Positions 36,103-46,387 of a DNA stretch of 64,000 nt are shown here, piece after piece; position 1 is the first letter of the stretch, and each line of letters begins with the position of its first letter. Made by a program: the position numbers and the translations under genes. Source of the DNA: a virus; the IMG/VR virus record IMGVR_UViG_3300035703_000041, positions 1 to 64,000 of that record; one strand, 5' to 3'. The notes beneath the pieces are model-generated. The model searched no databases, was not told where the DNA came from, and saw only the letters and a program-made list of their open reading frames with translations.

Positions 36103-39100
36103 ATGATCAATAAAACAATACTAAATGAGGGCGGCAATGTTGAAATAGATGGCATTGCTGCCCAACGTCTTGATTTAAACAAAGTTTCTCGCAGTGCTGT
36201 AGTTGCTGAAATAGATAAAGCACTACAAATTATTAACAGCACATTTAATAAAGCATACGGAGTTCCTTTATGGAGCCCAGAATTAATAAAAAACAAAGAG
36301 TTTTTAAGTGGTAGTGCGTTTCACTTCTTTAACGTAAAAATACCAGATGATCAATTCACTAAAGTTAAGTCTAGCGTTGGTGACATCGACACTATGGTTG
36401 ATAAAGATTTAGCACAAAAAGCAAGTGACTTTTTAACTAAAGCAAAAGGCAAGCAGTTTGGACCAGCAAAGTTAGTTGGCTTTAAACCTAACCCAGGAAT
36501 GGATACACTTATTAGTTTGTGGCAATTCAACAATCCACCTGTGAATGTACAAATAGATATGGAACTTGTCGACTACGATAAAGGTAGTCCAACAGAGTGG
36601 AGCAAGTTTAGCCACAGTAGCGCATGGGAAGATTTAAGTGTTGGTGTTAAAGGCGTATTCCACAAGTATCTATTGCGTTCGCTAACACATAAAGATGCTA
36701 AAGATCGCTACATTCAAATGAAAACAAAGCTTAAAAAAGTTACAGCAGCGGATTTAGCGTTTGCTGTTTCAGGTGGCGTGCGTAATAAGTTTGAACCAGT
36801 AATTGATCCAAAAACTAAAAAAACAGCAGTAGCACCAGACGGACTTCCAATATACAAGGAAGTGCCAGCAAGTGAAAGCAAGTATGTAACAGACATTAAA
36901 GGTATGTTTACACTTTTAATTGGACGCAAACCAGTTAAAGGTGAAGAAAAATTATTGGGTAGTTTTGTTGGCGTACTATCTTTAATCAACAAATATTTTA
37001 GCAATGAAGATAAAGATAAAATCACAAGTGCATTTATGGCATTAATATTTGGCCCTGCTGCTCAACAACTATACAAAGGTGATCCAGCAACAGATAAAAG
37101 AGAAAAAGAAATTGCTCTTAACAAAATGTTGGAAATTTTAAAAGTTAATGTTGATAAAGCAAGTTTAGCAAAAACTGTTGCAGATTATTATTCTAAGTAT
37201 AAAGCTGAATCAATTACAGAAGCAGATGCACCAGACTATAAGCGTCAAGGCATCAAGCACATTTATAATCCTGGCTCAACTGTTGAAATGAAAGATGTTG
37301 ACTTCTTAGCATTTATTGATGCAATTGCTAAGAATGGTGGCACACTTGATAACATACCAATTACACTTAAAGTAGATGGTGCAGGTATACGCTTTGGACG
37401 AGATCAAAGTGATAAACCATTTTTTATGACTAGTCGTGTTACAAATCCAATTTACGCTGATAACGTTGGTATGTTTGAAAAGTACGCTAGAGATAATAAT
37501 GGCAATGAAGAACAAATTGCTCGTGCTGAAAAGTATGATCAAGCATTAAGTTTAATTGTTAACAGCGACTTTATTAAAGTATTACCAAAAGACACAATTG
37601 TCCAAGCAGAAATGATGTACAATCCAATGGCTGAAAAGACAAGTGCTGGACTTAAGTTTGTAAACATCCCATATGATCCAAAGTTACTTGGTAAACAAAT
37701 GACGCTTGTGCCAATTGTCGCAAGTACATATTCAACTGGCGAAGCATTACCAAACACAATTCTTCAAAAAGTAATAAGCAAGTCTACTCCTCAAATTAAA
37801 ATACTTGGTACTGAGTTACAGCATAGCGATATTGATGTAAAAAATATTGTTGAACCAATTGCTAAGATGGATGATACGCTTCGTGCTGCGTTAGCAAGTA
37901 GGAAGAAAAATGATCCAGCAAAAGCAAAAGCAAAAGAAATACTAACAACAGCACGCAAGGCAATTAGTGATGCAATCATTAATAGCCCTAACATTAAAGG
38001 TAAAGATAAGCTAGGTAAGACTATTGAAGGTTTAGTTATTGCTATGCCAAATGGTCAACTTGCTAAAGTTACCAGTAGCGAAATGAAAGGTGCAATGGCT
38101 GCAAAAGCTATTAAGAAAGCACCAACAACAGGCAGCAATAGAACTAAAGCTGCTATTGTTACTGCTGGTAGCTTTGTTGGCCACATAGGTCATCAAAAAG
38201 TTGTTGATACTGTTATTAACTTTGCTAAAAAAGTTGGCGGTGACCCGTACATTTACATTAGCAGTAAAGTGGGACCAGATGATCCTATTCCACCAGAAGT
38301 AAAATTAGCTACTTGGAAGAAAATGTATCCAGAGTATGCAAAAAGTTTCCAACTAATTGTAAGCCCAGATGGTGTAACTGTTCCAAGTCCAGTTAAAAAG
38401 ATTGAAAAAGAATTAGTACTACCAGCAAACAGTCCTTACAAAAAGATTGTATTAATGGTTGGTACTGATCGTTATGAAGGTTTCAAGAAGTGGATGGATA
38501 CTCTTGAAAAGCGTATGAAGGATCCAGTAGCATTAGCAAAATATGGTGGAACACAAGATCAAGTTGATTACGAAACTATTGCTATACCACGCGGCGCAGC
38601 ATTAGGTGGTATTGATGCAAGCTTCACACAACTACGCAATACATTAAAAGATCCTAATCTTTCACTAAAAGAAAAGTTAGCTGTTTGGTCAAAAGGATTT
38701 GGTGGAAAGCTAGACGAAGATTGGATCAAAAAGTTAATGATGCTTTCTGCTCAAGGCATGGGAATTAAGTTAGGAGAAGCTAAATCACCATGGGATAAAA
38801 TGGTTAGAGCTGTTCCCAAACTAAAAGGACATGAAGATAGAGTTAACGATATATTAAAAGCAATTAAGCAAGCAAATGCAGAATATCAAGCAATACTTGA
38901 TAAAGAAAAAAATCCATTAAAAGAAGATGATGATCTAAATGTCCGTTTCCATGATACATTAAATCCAGCACTATTTAGAAATAACAAGATGAGTCCTATC
39001 GTAAGAGAAAAGCTGCTAAAAATAGCAGAGGACTTTAAGGATAGTTTAGGTGTTAAGTTACCAAATCTAAAAGACATTACTGTAAGTGGCAGTAATGCTG

Positions 39101-42100
39101 CATTCACTTATACACCAAAAAGTGATATTGATCTACACTTAGTTGTTGATTTACCTGAAGCAGATGGCGATGCTACTTATAGGGAATTGTTTGATGCTAA
39201 GAAGTTCCAATACAACGAGCAGCATGACTACAAGATTAAAGAATACGATGTAGAACTTTATGTGCAAAATGCAAATGATGAACATGTAAGTCAAGGTATC
39301 TACAGTGTAATGAATGATGCTTGGATTAAAGAACCACAACCAGTAAGTGGCGAGTACGATGAAGACAGCACACGCGCCAAATATGATCAAATAAAGTATC
39401 TCATACAAAAAGCATTAACTGTAAGAGATTATGCTTTAGCAGACAAGCTACGTCGAACTATTAAAAAGTATCGTCAAGTTGGGTTACATTCAACTGGTGA
39501 GTTTGGTCCTGAAAATCTTGCATTCAAAGCATTGCGTGCTAATGGCTACATTAAGAAACTGTATGAGTTATTAAATGATATTAAGGACAAAGAGTTTAGT
39601 TTAGAGAGTAACGATCAACGATTACTTGAAATTGATATGAGTCCAGGAGCACTCAAAAAGTTCTCAACTACTGAGATTGCAAAGTCAACTAGTGTTGGTT
39701 TTGAGTTTGAAATGATCGTACCTAACATGATAGATGACGGCAGTGAAAGTGAACCAGATTACGATTATGATGAATATGTAACAGATTCAACTGTTACTGC
39801 TATGCAAGATGATTTAATTAGATTCTTTAGAGATACTGAAACAAGTACAGCAATTAAACGAGCAGTTGAAGAAGTATCAGATGAAATAAATGATTTTATT
39901 TTAATGGAGTTTGATGGTGAATTAGATTCTGTAGATCAGCAGAGACGATTAAGAGAATTGTATAAAGCAGATACTTCACTCGAAGATGATGAAATAGAAA
40001 AGAGCATTGAAGATCAAGATAGCACTTATGACGAAGTATTAAGTTCTTTGAGAGATGAGTATATGGAAGACTGGGACAATCTAAGTGGATTCTTAGAATA
40101 TAACAGTCTTGAAATGATGTCTGAATGGGCTAGTAGATTTAATTGGGAATGGCCACACTACACTGAAGCTGGCAGCGATGAAGTCGACGAACAAGCAATG
40201 CGTGAAGTAGCAGATGAAATCAAAAACGCTGTTAGTATGTCAGTTAGGTCTTCTCCTAATTATCATGCATTTAAGAAAAATAGAGAATCTGGTGTTTGGT
40301 ATTTAGAAACTGATAGTTCAATTAATGCTGATGAAAGTTCTGGTGAAGGTGGACTAGAATTAGTAAGTCCTCCATTGCCACTTGAGCAAGCATTAGAAAA
40401 GTTAGATGCAGTTCTAAATTGGATGCAGAGATACGGCGCATATACTGATAGTTCAACTGGGTTCCATATGGGTGTAAGCATTCCGCAAATGGAAAATGTT
40501 GACTACATTAAGTTAATATTATTCCTAGGTGACAAATATGTATTAGATCAATTTGGTCGTTTAGGCAATTCATACACCCGCAGCGCACTAGATAAGATGG
40601 AAGTACAAAATGTTCCATATGTTATGAAAAACATGCCAACTGTATTTGATGCTCTAAAAGGTGGATTAAACAAAGCAGCATTAAAAATGCTTGAATCAGC
40701 TCTTGTACCTCGAGGAGACAAATATACTAGCGTAAACATTAAGGGCAGCACAACACCTAGTGGAGACATCAAGGATAATTACATTGAATTCCGTAGTGCT
40801 GGTGGAGATTACTTAGAAGCGATTGAAAAGATTAAAAATACACTATTGCGTTATGTTCGTGTAATGGCGCTTGCTGCTGATCCAAATGAAGCAAAGGAAG
40901 AGTATGCTAAGAAACTCTACAAGATGCTATACAATGCTCAAAGCAATAAAAATGAAGATAATGTAGTTAGATTGTTTAGTATGTTTGCTAGCGGCAATAT
41001 TTCAAAAGCAGAACTTGTAATGAAGCTTAAGGCAAAACAAGAATTAAGATTGGCAAAGAAAAGAGGCCCAATTGATTACGCAGTCTTAGATAGGAATAGC
41101 GATCCTATTACTATAGTTAAAGCAATTAACAATAGCGAAGCTTTAACAAAAGGAATAGAATGGGAAAGAAGCAACCCAGTATCTGGCGGTGTGAGAGGTG
41201 TAAGATTAGCGACACTAGACGATATAAAAGCTGTAGCTAATAGAAATACTGAAGGACAATGGCAACGTTGGAATGTTTATGGACACGAAGGACAAATCTT
41301 TACTAGTGTTTCAGCTCGCAATCGTCAAGAAGCAAGTCAACTTGCACTACGCTGGGGAAGAGAAAACGATAGTGTTATTTCTCATGTTACTCCTGAATCT
41401 GAGGATGAATTTGCAGCACTACATAGAACAGAATCAAAAGAAGTTGTAACTGAACTTGCTAACAAGCCATACCCTTTTAAAACACAAGGCAATAAAAAGC
41501 ATTTTCAAGCTCGTTTCGTAACAGACAACAAACTAGTGTATAATGTTATGATTTTGGTCCCTCTTGAAGATTTTGAACCAAATAAAGCAGAAATAGAATT
41601 TTTCTCTGAAAATGAAGATGTTTTAAGAGGACATAAAATAACTGGAACTGGTGATTCTTTTAAAGTATTTGCGACTGTGTTAGAAATAATAAAAGCTTAT
41701 CTAACAAAGCACAAAACAATCAACGAATTTGAATTTGGTGCTAACAAAAGTGAACCGTCCCGTGTAAAGTTGTATGACACTATGGCAAAAATGTTACCAA
41801 AATATATTAATAATTTCAAATTTTTCAATAAGTATCCAAATAACTATAACGGATTCGCGTACCATTTTGTAAAAGTCAAAAAACCAACTACAGTAAAAGA
41901 AAATGAATTTGTAACTGAACTTGCTAATAAACCATATGAATATGATTTAGAAAGCGATAGCAGAGTTCTTCGTGCTACCTTTAAAACAGATGCTGGTCAA
42001 CCTTATAGAATTTATATCGTAAAAGAGAAAGACGAAGAAGGGGAAGTAAAATATATCTCTGTTGAGTTCTCTGCTCTTAAATATGTAGATGGTCGATTCT

Positions 42101-42510
42101 TAACTACACAAGCTAAAACCGGAACAGGTGACGCATTTAGAATATTTGCAACAGTTGGTGCAGTACTAAAACGCTATTTGGATGAAAATCCAGAAATTAC
42201 TAGATTTGAATTCTCTGGTGATAAGGATGAACCAAGTCGAATAAAGCTATATGACACTATGGCTAAAATGTTGCCTAAGTTTATTCCACAATTCAAACTA
42301 ATTGAAATTGAAAAAGGATTTATGTTTAATCATTATCAATTTTCAAAAGTAAGTAATGAATCAAAAAATCCAAGTTCATTGAAAGAATATATTGAAGTAT
42401 CTTACAAACCTTTTATTCGAGAAAAGAAAGAAGAACCAAAAAAAGAGTTAACAGACATGCAAAAAGCGTGTATACTAGGCGGACAAGAATATACAGGTGA
42501 GATAAACTAA
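36103..42510 (+). CDS. 2135-aa multidomain internal-head polyprotein (NTase, KxDG ligase-like, HIGH NTase, NTase, amidoligase, tandem repeat)
   Basis: SGSA..GDID; KVDGAG; GHIGH; SGSNA..SDIDLH; GFEFE..D.S..ELVSPP..STGFH..EFR; TAAATA at 36071. Confidence 0.75.
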   Translation: MINKTILNEGGNVEIDGIAAQRLDLNKVSRSAVVAEIDKALQIINSTFNKAYGVPLWSPELIKNKEFLSGSAFHFFNVKIPDDQFTKVKSSVGDIDTMVDKDLAQKASDFLTKAKGKQFGPAKLVGFKPNPGMDTLISLWQFNNPPVNVQIDMELVDYDKGSPTEWSKFSHSSAWEDLSVGVKGVFHKYLLRSLTHKDAKDRYIQMKTKLKKVTAADLAFAVSGGVRNKFEPVIDPKTKKTAVAPDGLPIYKEVPASESKYVTDIKGMFTLLIGRKPVKGEEKLLGSFVGVLSLINKYFSNEDKDKITSAFMALIFGPAAQQLYKGDPATDKREKEIALNKMLEILKVNVDKASLAKTVADYYSKYKAESITEADAPDYKRQGIKHIYNPGSTVEMKDVDFLAFIDAIAKNGGTLDNIPITLKVDGAGIRFGRDQSDKPFFMTSRVTNPIYADNVGMFEKYARDNNGNEEQIARAEKYDQALSLIVNSDFIKVLPKDTIVQAEMMYNPMAEKTSAGLKFVNIPYDPKLLGKQMTLVPIVASTYSTGEALPNTILQKVISKSTPQIKILGTELQHSDIDVKNIVEPIAKMDDTLRAALASRKKNDPAKAKAKEILTTARKAISDAIINSPNIKGKDKLGKTIEGLVIAMPNGQLAKVTSSEMKGAMAAKAIKKAPTTGSNRTKAAIVTAGSFVGHIGHQKVVDTVINFAKKVGGDPYIYISSKVGPDDPIPPEVKLATWKKMYPEYAKSFQLIVSPDGVTVPSPVKKIEKELVLPANSPYKKIVLMVGTDRYEGFKKWMDTLEKRMKDPVALAKYGGTQDQVDYETIAIPRGAALGGIDASFTQLRNTLKDPNLSLKEKLAVWSKGFGGKLDEDWIKKLMMLSAQGMGIKLGEAKSPWDKMVRAVPKLKGHEDRVNDILKAIKQANAEYQAILDKEKNPLKEDDDLNVRFHDTLNPALFRNNKMSPIVREKLLKIAEDFKDSLGVKLPNLKDITVSGSNAAFTYTPKSDIDLHLVVDLPEADGDATYRELFDAKKFQYNEQHDYKIKEYDVELYVQNANDEHVSQGIYSVMNDAWIKEPQPVSGEYDEDSTRAKYDQIKYLIQKALTVRDYALADKLRRTIKKYRQVGLHSTGEFGPENLAFKALRANGYIKKLYELLNDIKDKEFSLESNDQRLLEIDMSPGALKKFSTTEIAKSTSVGFEFEMIVPNMIDDGSESEPDYDYDEYVTDSTVTAMQDDLIRFFRDTETSTAIKRAVEEVSDEINDFILMEFDGELDSVDQQRRLRELYKADTSLEDDEIEKSIEDQDSTYDEVLSSLRDEYMEDWDNLSGFLEYNSLEMMSEWASRFNWEWPHYTEAGSDEVDEQAMREVADEIKNAVSMSVRSSPNYHAFKKNRESGVWYLETDSSINADESSGEGGLELVSPPLPLEQALEKLDAVLNWMQRYGAYTDSSTGFHMGVSIPQMENVDYIKLILFLGDKYVLDQFGRLGNSYTRSALDKMEVQNVPYVMKNMPTVFDALKGGLNKAALKMLESALVPRGDKYTSVNIKGSTTPSGDIKDNYIEFRSAGGDYLEAIEKIKNTLLRYVRVMALAADPNEAKEEYAKKLYKMLYNAQSNKNEDNVVRLFSMFASGNISKAELVMKLKAKQELRLAKKRGPIDYAVLDRNSDPITIVKAINNSEALTKGIEWERSNPVSGGVRGVRLATLDDIKAVANRNTEGQWQRWNVYGHEGQIFTSVSARNRQEASQLALRWGRENDSVISHVTPESEDEFAALHRTESKEVVTELANKPYPFKTQGNKKHFQARFVTDNKLVYNVMILVPLEDFEPNKAEIEFFSENEDVLRGHKITGTGDSFKVFATVLEIIKAYLTKHKTINEFEFGANKSEPSRVKLYDTMAKMLPKYINNFKFFNKYPNNYNGFAYHFVKVKKPTTVKENEFVTELANKPYEYDLESDSRVLRATFKTDAGQPYRIYIVKEKDEEGEVKYISVEFSALKYVDGRFLTTQAKTGTGDAFRIFATVGAVLKRYLDENPEITRFEFSGDKDEPSRIKLYDTMAKMLPKFIPQFKLIEIEKGFMFNHYQFSKVSNESKNPSSLKEYIEVSYKPFIREKKEEPKKELTDMQKACILGGQEYTGEIN
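41446..42350 (+). repeat. Tandem ~155-aa domain duplication inside the giant ORF
   Basis: VTELANKPY...TGTGD.F..FATV...EPSR.KLYDTMAKMLPK.I occurs twice, 465 nt apart. Confidence 0.85.
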
Positions 42511-42511
42511 A

Positions 42512-42658
42512 ATGCCAGAGAAAAAGTTTAATGATGACACTGCTAAAACTATTTGGAACAAACTAAAAGGTAAGGATGTTCCACAAGACTACAGTGATAA
42601 AGACAAGGAAGATATTGTTAAACGATACTGGCATAAAGCAATGGAAAGCGAACAGTAG
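42512..42658 (+). CDS. 48-aa hypothetical protein (not in ORF track)
   Basis: MPEKKFNDDTAKTIW...YWHKAMESEQ. Confidence 0.45.
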   Translation: MPEKKFNDDTAKTIWNKLKGKDVPQDYSDKDKEDIVKRYWHKAMESEQ

Positions 42659-43188
42659 TGTTATTAACAGATTACTATAAATCTGTTTTAGAAAAAGAAC
42701 ACGCCAACGGAGAATGGGGTATTGCTTCTGTTCATTATGCACCACGTGTTGCAAATATGATGAAGCGTTATAATCTAAATGAAGTTTTAGATTACGGTTC
42801 AGGTGCAGGCAATTTAGAAAAAACACTAAAAACTATATTACCTGATGTAATTGTTTATAATTATGAGCCAGGTATACCTAAATGGAATATTATTCCAGCA
42901 CCATGTAAAATGGTTGCTTGTATTGATGTTATTGAACATATTGAACCTGAGTGTATAGATTCTGTATTAGATGATTTAGAAAGAATTATTGAGGGTTACG
43001 CATTTATATCAATTTCTACTACATTAGCAAATAGAGTATTAAACAATGGATGGAATGCTCACATTTGCCTAAAAGATCCACAAGAATGGAAAGAAATTTT
43101 TGAGAGAAGATTTCAAATAATTTGCCCTGGAATGTATGACGGCGGTGTAGAAATTGAAATATGCAGGAGAGACAATGAAAATATATGA
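42658..43188 (+). CDS. Class I SAM methyltransferase
   Basis: VLDYGSG, CIDVIEHI. Confidence 0.8.
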   Translation: MLLTDYYKSVLEKEHANGEWGIASVHYAPRVANMMKRYNLNEVLDYGSGAGNLEKTLKTILPDVIVYNYEPGIPKWNIIPAPCKMVACIDVIEHIEPECIDSVLDDLERIIEGYAFISISTTLANRVLNNGWNAHICLKDPQEWKEIFERRFQIICPGMYDGGVEIEICRRDNENI

Positions 43189-43693
43189 GTTAGCAGGTAA
43201 ACCAACAGTTTTCGTAGATATGGATGGCGTGCTTGCTGACCTGTTTAACCACGTTGGTGACATTCACGATGTTGAACATTACAATCAAATGACTGATCAA
43301 CAGTGGCAAGATTTTTTTCAAAATACTAATGCTTATCACTTGTTTAAGGATTTACCCCCATTCCCAACAGCAAATCGTTTACTACGTATGGTAAAAGGAA
43401 TGGTTGGTGGATACAAAATTCTTTCAAGTCCACTTAACTTTGACCGTGAAGGCAGCATAAAAGGCAAGCGTGAGTGGTTAAGTAGGCATATATCTGTAGC
43501 CCCAGATGGCGTTATTTTCGAGCATGAAAAATACAAATATGCTGTTAGTAACGGTAAACCAAACATATTAATTGATGATTACGGTGTAAACATTAAAAAA
43601 TGGCGTGCTGCTGGCGGTATTGGAATTAAGTACCAAGCAGATGAAAACAGTTTAGAAGAATTAGCGGAACAGTTAGCGGCTGCTTTGAAATAA
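43175..43693 (+). CDS. 5'(3')-deoxyribonucleotidase (NT5C HAD)
   Basis: DMDGVLAD, LSSP, LIDD; leader MKIYE|. Confidence 0.85.
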   Translation: MKIYELAGKPTVFVDMDGVLADLFNHVGDIHDVEHYNQMTDQQWQDFFQNTNAYHLFKDLPPFPTANRLLRMVKGMVGGYKILSSPLNFDREGSIKGKREWLSRHISVAPDGVIFEHEKYKYAVSNGKPNILIDDYGVNIKKWRAAGGIGIKYQADENSLEELAEQLAAALK

Positions 43694-43715
43694 ATATTAC
43701 ATAGGAACTTATGTA

Positions 43716-45401
43716 ATGAAAATTAAAGAATTATTAGAGGGTGTTGGACGCATTACACCATATAATCAAACAGTTGATGTAGGGCCAAACGAAATCAAAA
43801 AACAAGCAGCTAAGTTTGGATTTAAAGTAGACAAGGACGGTTATCCTCCTGTTATAGGCAACGGACGCTACGCTAAAAATTCCACCCCTAACAAACTAAT
43901 GAATCTTGGACTTACTGAATCAAAAATTATTGAGGCTAGAGGTGTAACTGCTCGCGTTGCTGGTGAGCGATACATAAATGATAAAGATCCAAATGATTAC
44001 AGAGTTATCCAATCCATTAAAGTTATAAATCCACCAAAAACTCCAGCATACAAAACCGCTGAAGAACTTAAAGCTGCTATCAAGGAATATCTTCCTAGAA
44101 ATGCTAAAACAGTCGATGACAACAAACATGGCAGTGATTTAAGAGCTGCAATCATAGCAAAAGTTGCTACACCATCAAATGATGTTGAGTATTGGATAAG
44201 GTATATTAAAGCAGTACCTCCAACGGGTGTACATCAAATGTGGCAAACACTACGCGGATACAGTTATGATAATCCAAGATCAGCTAGTGAAAAGATTAAA
44301 CTTAAACCATCTGATTTAATTAAAGATGAAAGTCCTAAAAATCTAAAACAACTAGCAACAGAAATTATGTCTTCTATCGAAGCAATGGGTGATGAAGAGT
44401 TGACAAACGCAATGCGTCAAGCAGTTAATCATGCCGTACAAGGTAAAGACATTGTAATTAAAGATGGTGTTAAATTTGCTACAGCTATATCTAAATATGC
44501 AGGAGAATATTTAGGTGCAATGTCGCTGATGACCGGTAAGATCATGAAAGGTGATCTTAAAAAAGCTATGGAAGCATTAGACATTAATACATTAAAAGGC
44601 AGTAAAATTACTTTCCCACAAGCAAGATTGCAAGAACTATATGACAGCACTTTAACAACATCAGATGGCAAAATATTACAAATAAGCACCAAGATGCATA
44701 AAACCGGTTCTGGATCAAGTTTAAGCGGTGTAGTAAAGCAACTTAATGATGATATTGAATCACAGTATCCAAAAGGTGCTGCTGTTTTACGTATGCTTGG
44801 TGGTGAATCAAGTGGTGCAGCTGGTGTGTTAAAAGCTGCTCAAGAGTACAAATTAATTAATGCCTCAGATGTAAAAGAAGTAATGAGTATGGATCCTGGT
44901 TCTAAAGATCCAACAATTATTAAAAGTCCAAGATTGCAAAGATTATTTTCAGAACAAAAAGTTAGTGCTGGAGCACCAAAAAGATTTGGTTACACAATAC
45001 GCAGACATTTAATGGCTGCTATTGCAAACAGGACAGTTAAAACAATTAATGAAGATAATGAAGTATTAACTGCACTTATGCTCGCTTTAAACAACAACAA
45101 TTATTTGCAAGTTGTTACTGAAACATCTATAACTGGCAACGATGTTACTATGACTTTTTATACAAAATATCCAACAGAATTTAGTGGCAAACCTAAATTA
45201 CAAAATGCTGCTTTTTGGAGCACTGGTGAACAAGGTAGAATAGCATTCTCATTACCTACAACTAATGTTGATGTTGAAGTTGAAGAACCAGAAGTAGAAG
45301 TTCCAGTAAAAAGAAAACCAGTACCAATTACAGCAAGAAATCCTAAATTAGATAAATCAAAGTCAGCCCCGAAAGGAGTTGGTCGCGGTAAGAGGGATTA
45401 A
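43716..45401 (+). CDS. Internal-head-type polyprotein with possible PD-(D/E)XK module
   Basis: Leader MKIKELLE|; junction LTE|SKIIE|; GEY..YDS..ISTK; TAAATA at 43691. Confidence 0.55.
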   Translation: MKIKELLEGVGRITPYNQTVDVGPNEIKKQAAKFGFKVDKDGYPPVIGNGRYAKNSTPNKLMNLGLTESKIIEARGVTARVAGERYINDKDPNDYRVIQSIKVINPPKTPAYKTAEELKAAIKEYLPRNAKTVDDNKHGSDLRAAIIAKVATPSNDVEYWIRYIKAVPPTGVHQMWQTLRGYSYDNPRSASEKIKLKPSDLIKDESPKNLKQLATEIMSSIEAMGDEELTNAMRQAVNHAVQGKDIVIKDGVKFATAISKYAGEYLGAMSLMTGKIMKGDLKKAMEALDINTLKGSKITFPQARLQELYDSTLTTSDGKILQISTKMHKTGSGSSLSGVVKQLNDDIESQYPKGAAVLRMLGGESSGAAGVLKAAQEYKLINASDVKEVMSMDPGSKDPTIIKSPRLQRLFSEQKVSAGAPKRFGYTIRRHLMAAIANRTVKTINEDNEVLTALMLALNNNNYLQVVTETSITGNDVTMTFYTKYPTEFSGKPKLQNAAFWSTGEQGRIAFSLPTTNVDVEVEEPEVEVPVKRKPVPITARNPKLDKSKSAPKGVGRGKRD

Positions 45402-45415
45402 AATGGGAGATCAAT

Positions 45416-45658
45416 ATGAAAATAAAAAATACATTGGAGGATTTTACAATCCCCTTCAAACCAACATCACCCCCTGGAACGATCAAAAGAAAAGCTTTAG
45501 AATACTTAGGTAAAAAGCTTGGAGAAAAACTCTCCAAAAAAGATTTAAAACTTGTGGAATCTAAAGCAGACAAAATAAAGAAATCCACAGTTAAGGCAGA
45601 TAGGCAAATAAATCATCAATTAGTAAAACAAGTTGAACTAATTAAAGATATAGAATAA
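45416..45658 (+). CDS. Small basic head-type protein
   Basis: Leader MKIKNTLE|. Confidence 0.5.
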   Translation: MKIKNTLEDFTIPFKPTSPPGTIKRKALEYLGKKLGEKLSKKDLKLVESKADKIKKSTVKADRQINHQLVKQVELIKDIE

Positions 45659-45972
45659 TGCTAGTTCAAATTAATGTAGATGTATATGCTTATTACAAGC
45701 ATCAACCCCCAGTTTATAGATTTTGGGTAAATGATACCCTTTACAACGAAAGAGAATTTTGGGTTGATTGTTTATCAAACTATATAGAAGAAGAAATGTA
45801 TGTTGAACTAGAACCTGGCAAACATACTTTTTTAATAGAAAAAGTAACTACTGACATACATTCTAAAATATGGGTAGAAAAGTTTGTTGTAAAATACAAT
45901 GAAACTGTAAATACAGTGTTTTTAAATATAGATCCACAAGATAAACAAATAATTAATTTTGAAATAGGATAA
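45658..45972 (+). CDS. Hypothetical beta-rich protein
   Basis: PPVYRFWVND.LY.ER. Confidence 0.5.
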   Translation: MLVQINVDVYAYYKHQPPVYRFWVNDTLYNEREFWVDCLSNYIEEEMYVELEPGKHTFLIEKVTTDIHSKIWVEKFVVKYNETVNTVFLNIDPQDKQIINFEIG

Positions 45973-46000
45973 ATAATATTATTATACGGAGACGCAAGTC

Positions 46001-46387
46001 ATGACTAAGAAGAGAATTAAAGAAGGCCTCAGCGACGAAGCTATGGCAGTTGACCGCGACCATGAGGTACAAATGGCTCGCGCTCAACTTTATCATTTAG
46101 CTAATGATGCTGTACGCTTACATAAGTTGTTAAAGAACGTAACTGAATCAGAAGGACTAGAAGGTTGGATGCAAAGCAAGATTACACTTGCTGCGGACTA
46201 CATTAAATCAACTGCTGATTACTTGGAATACGATAAGATTAAAGCACCTAGACCAGTAACAGTTACTCCAGCACCAATGATGCCAACTGCTGGTATGCCT
46301 GAAAGTGTAAGCGCAGGTGGTATGGGTGCTGGATCGGTTGCTACTGCTCCAATGGCTCTTAAAAAGAAACCATTAGTTAGAAGATAA
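46001..46387 (+). CDS. Head-type late protein
   Basis: RIKE| leader; MARAQL...EGWMQSKIT.A.DY; TAAATA at 45970. Confidence 0.6.
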   Translation: MTKKRIKEGLSDEAMAVDRDHEVQMARAQLYHLANDAVRLHKLLKNVTESEGLEGWMQSKITLAADYIKSTADYLEYDKIKAPRPVTVTPAPMMPTAGMPESVSAGGMGAGSVATAPMALKKKPLVRR

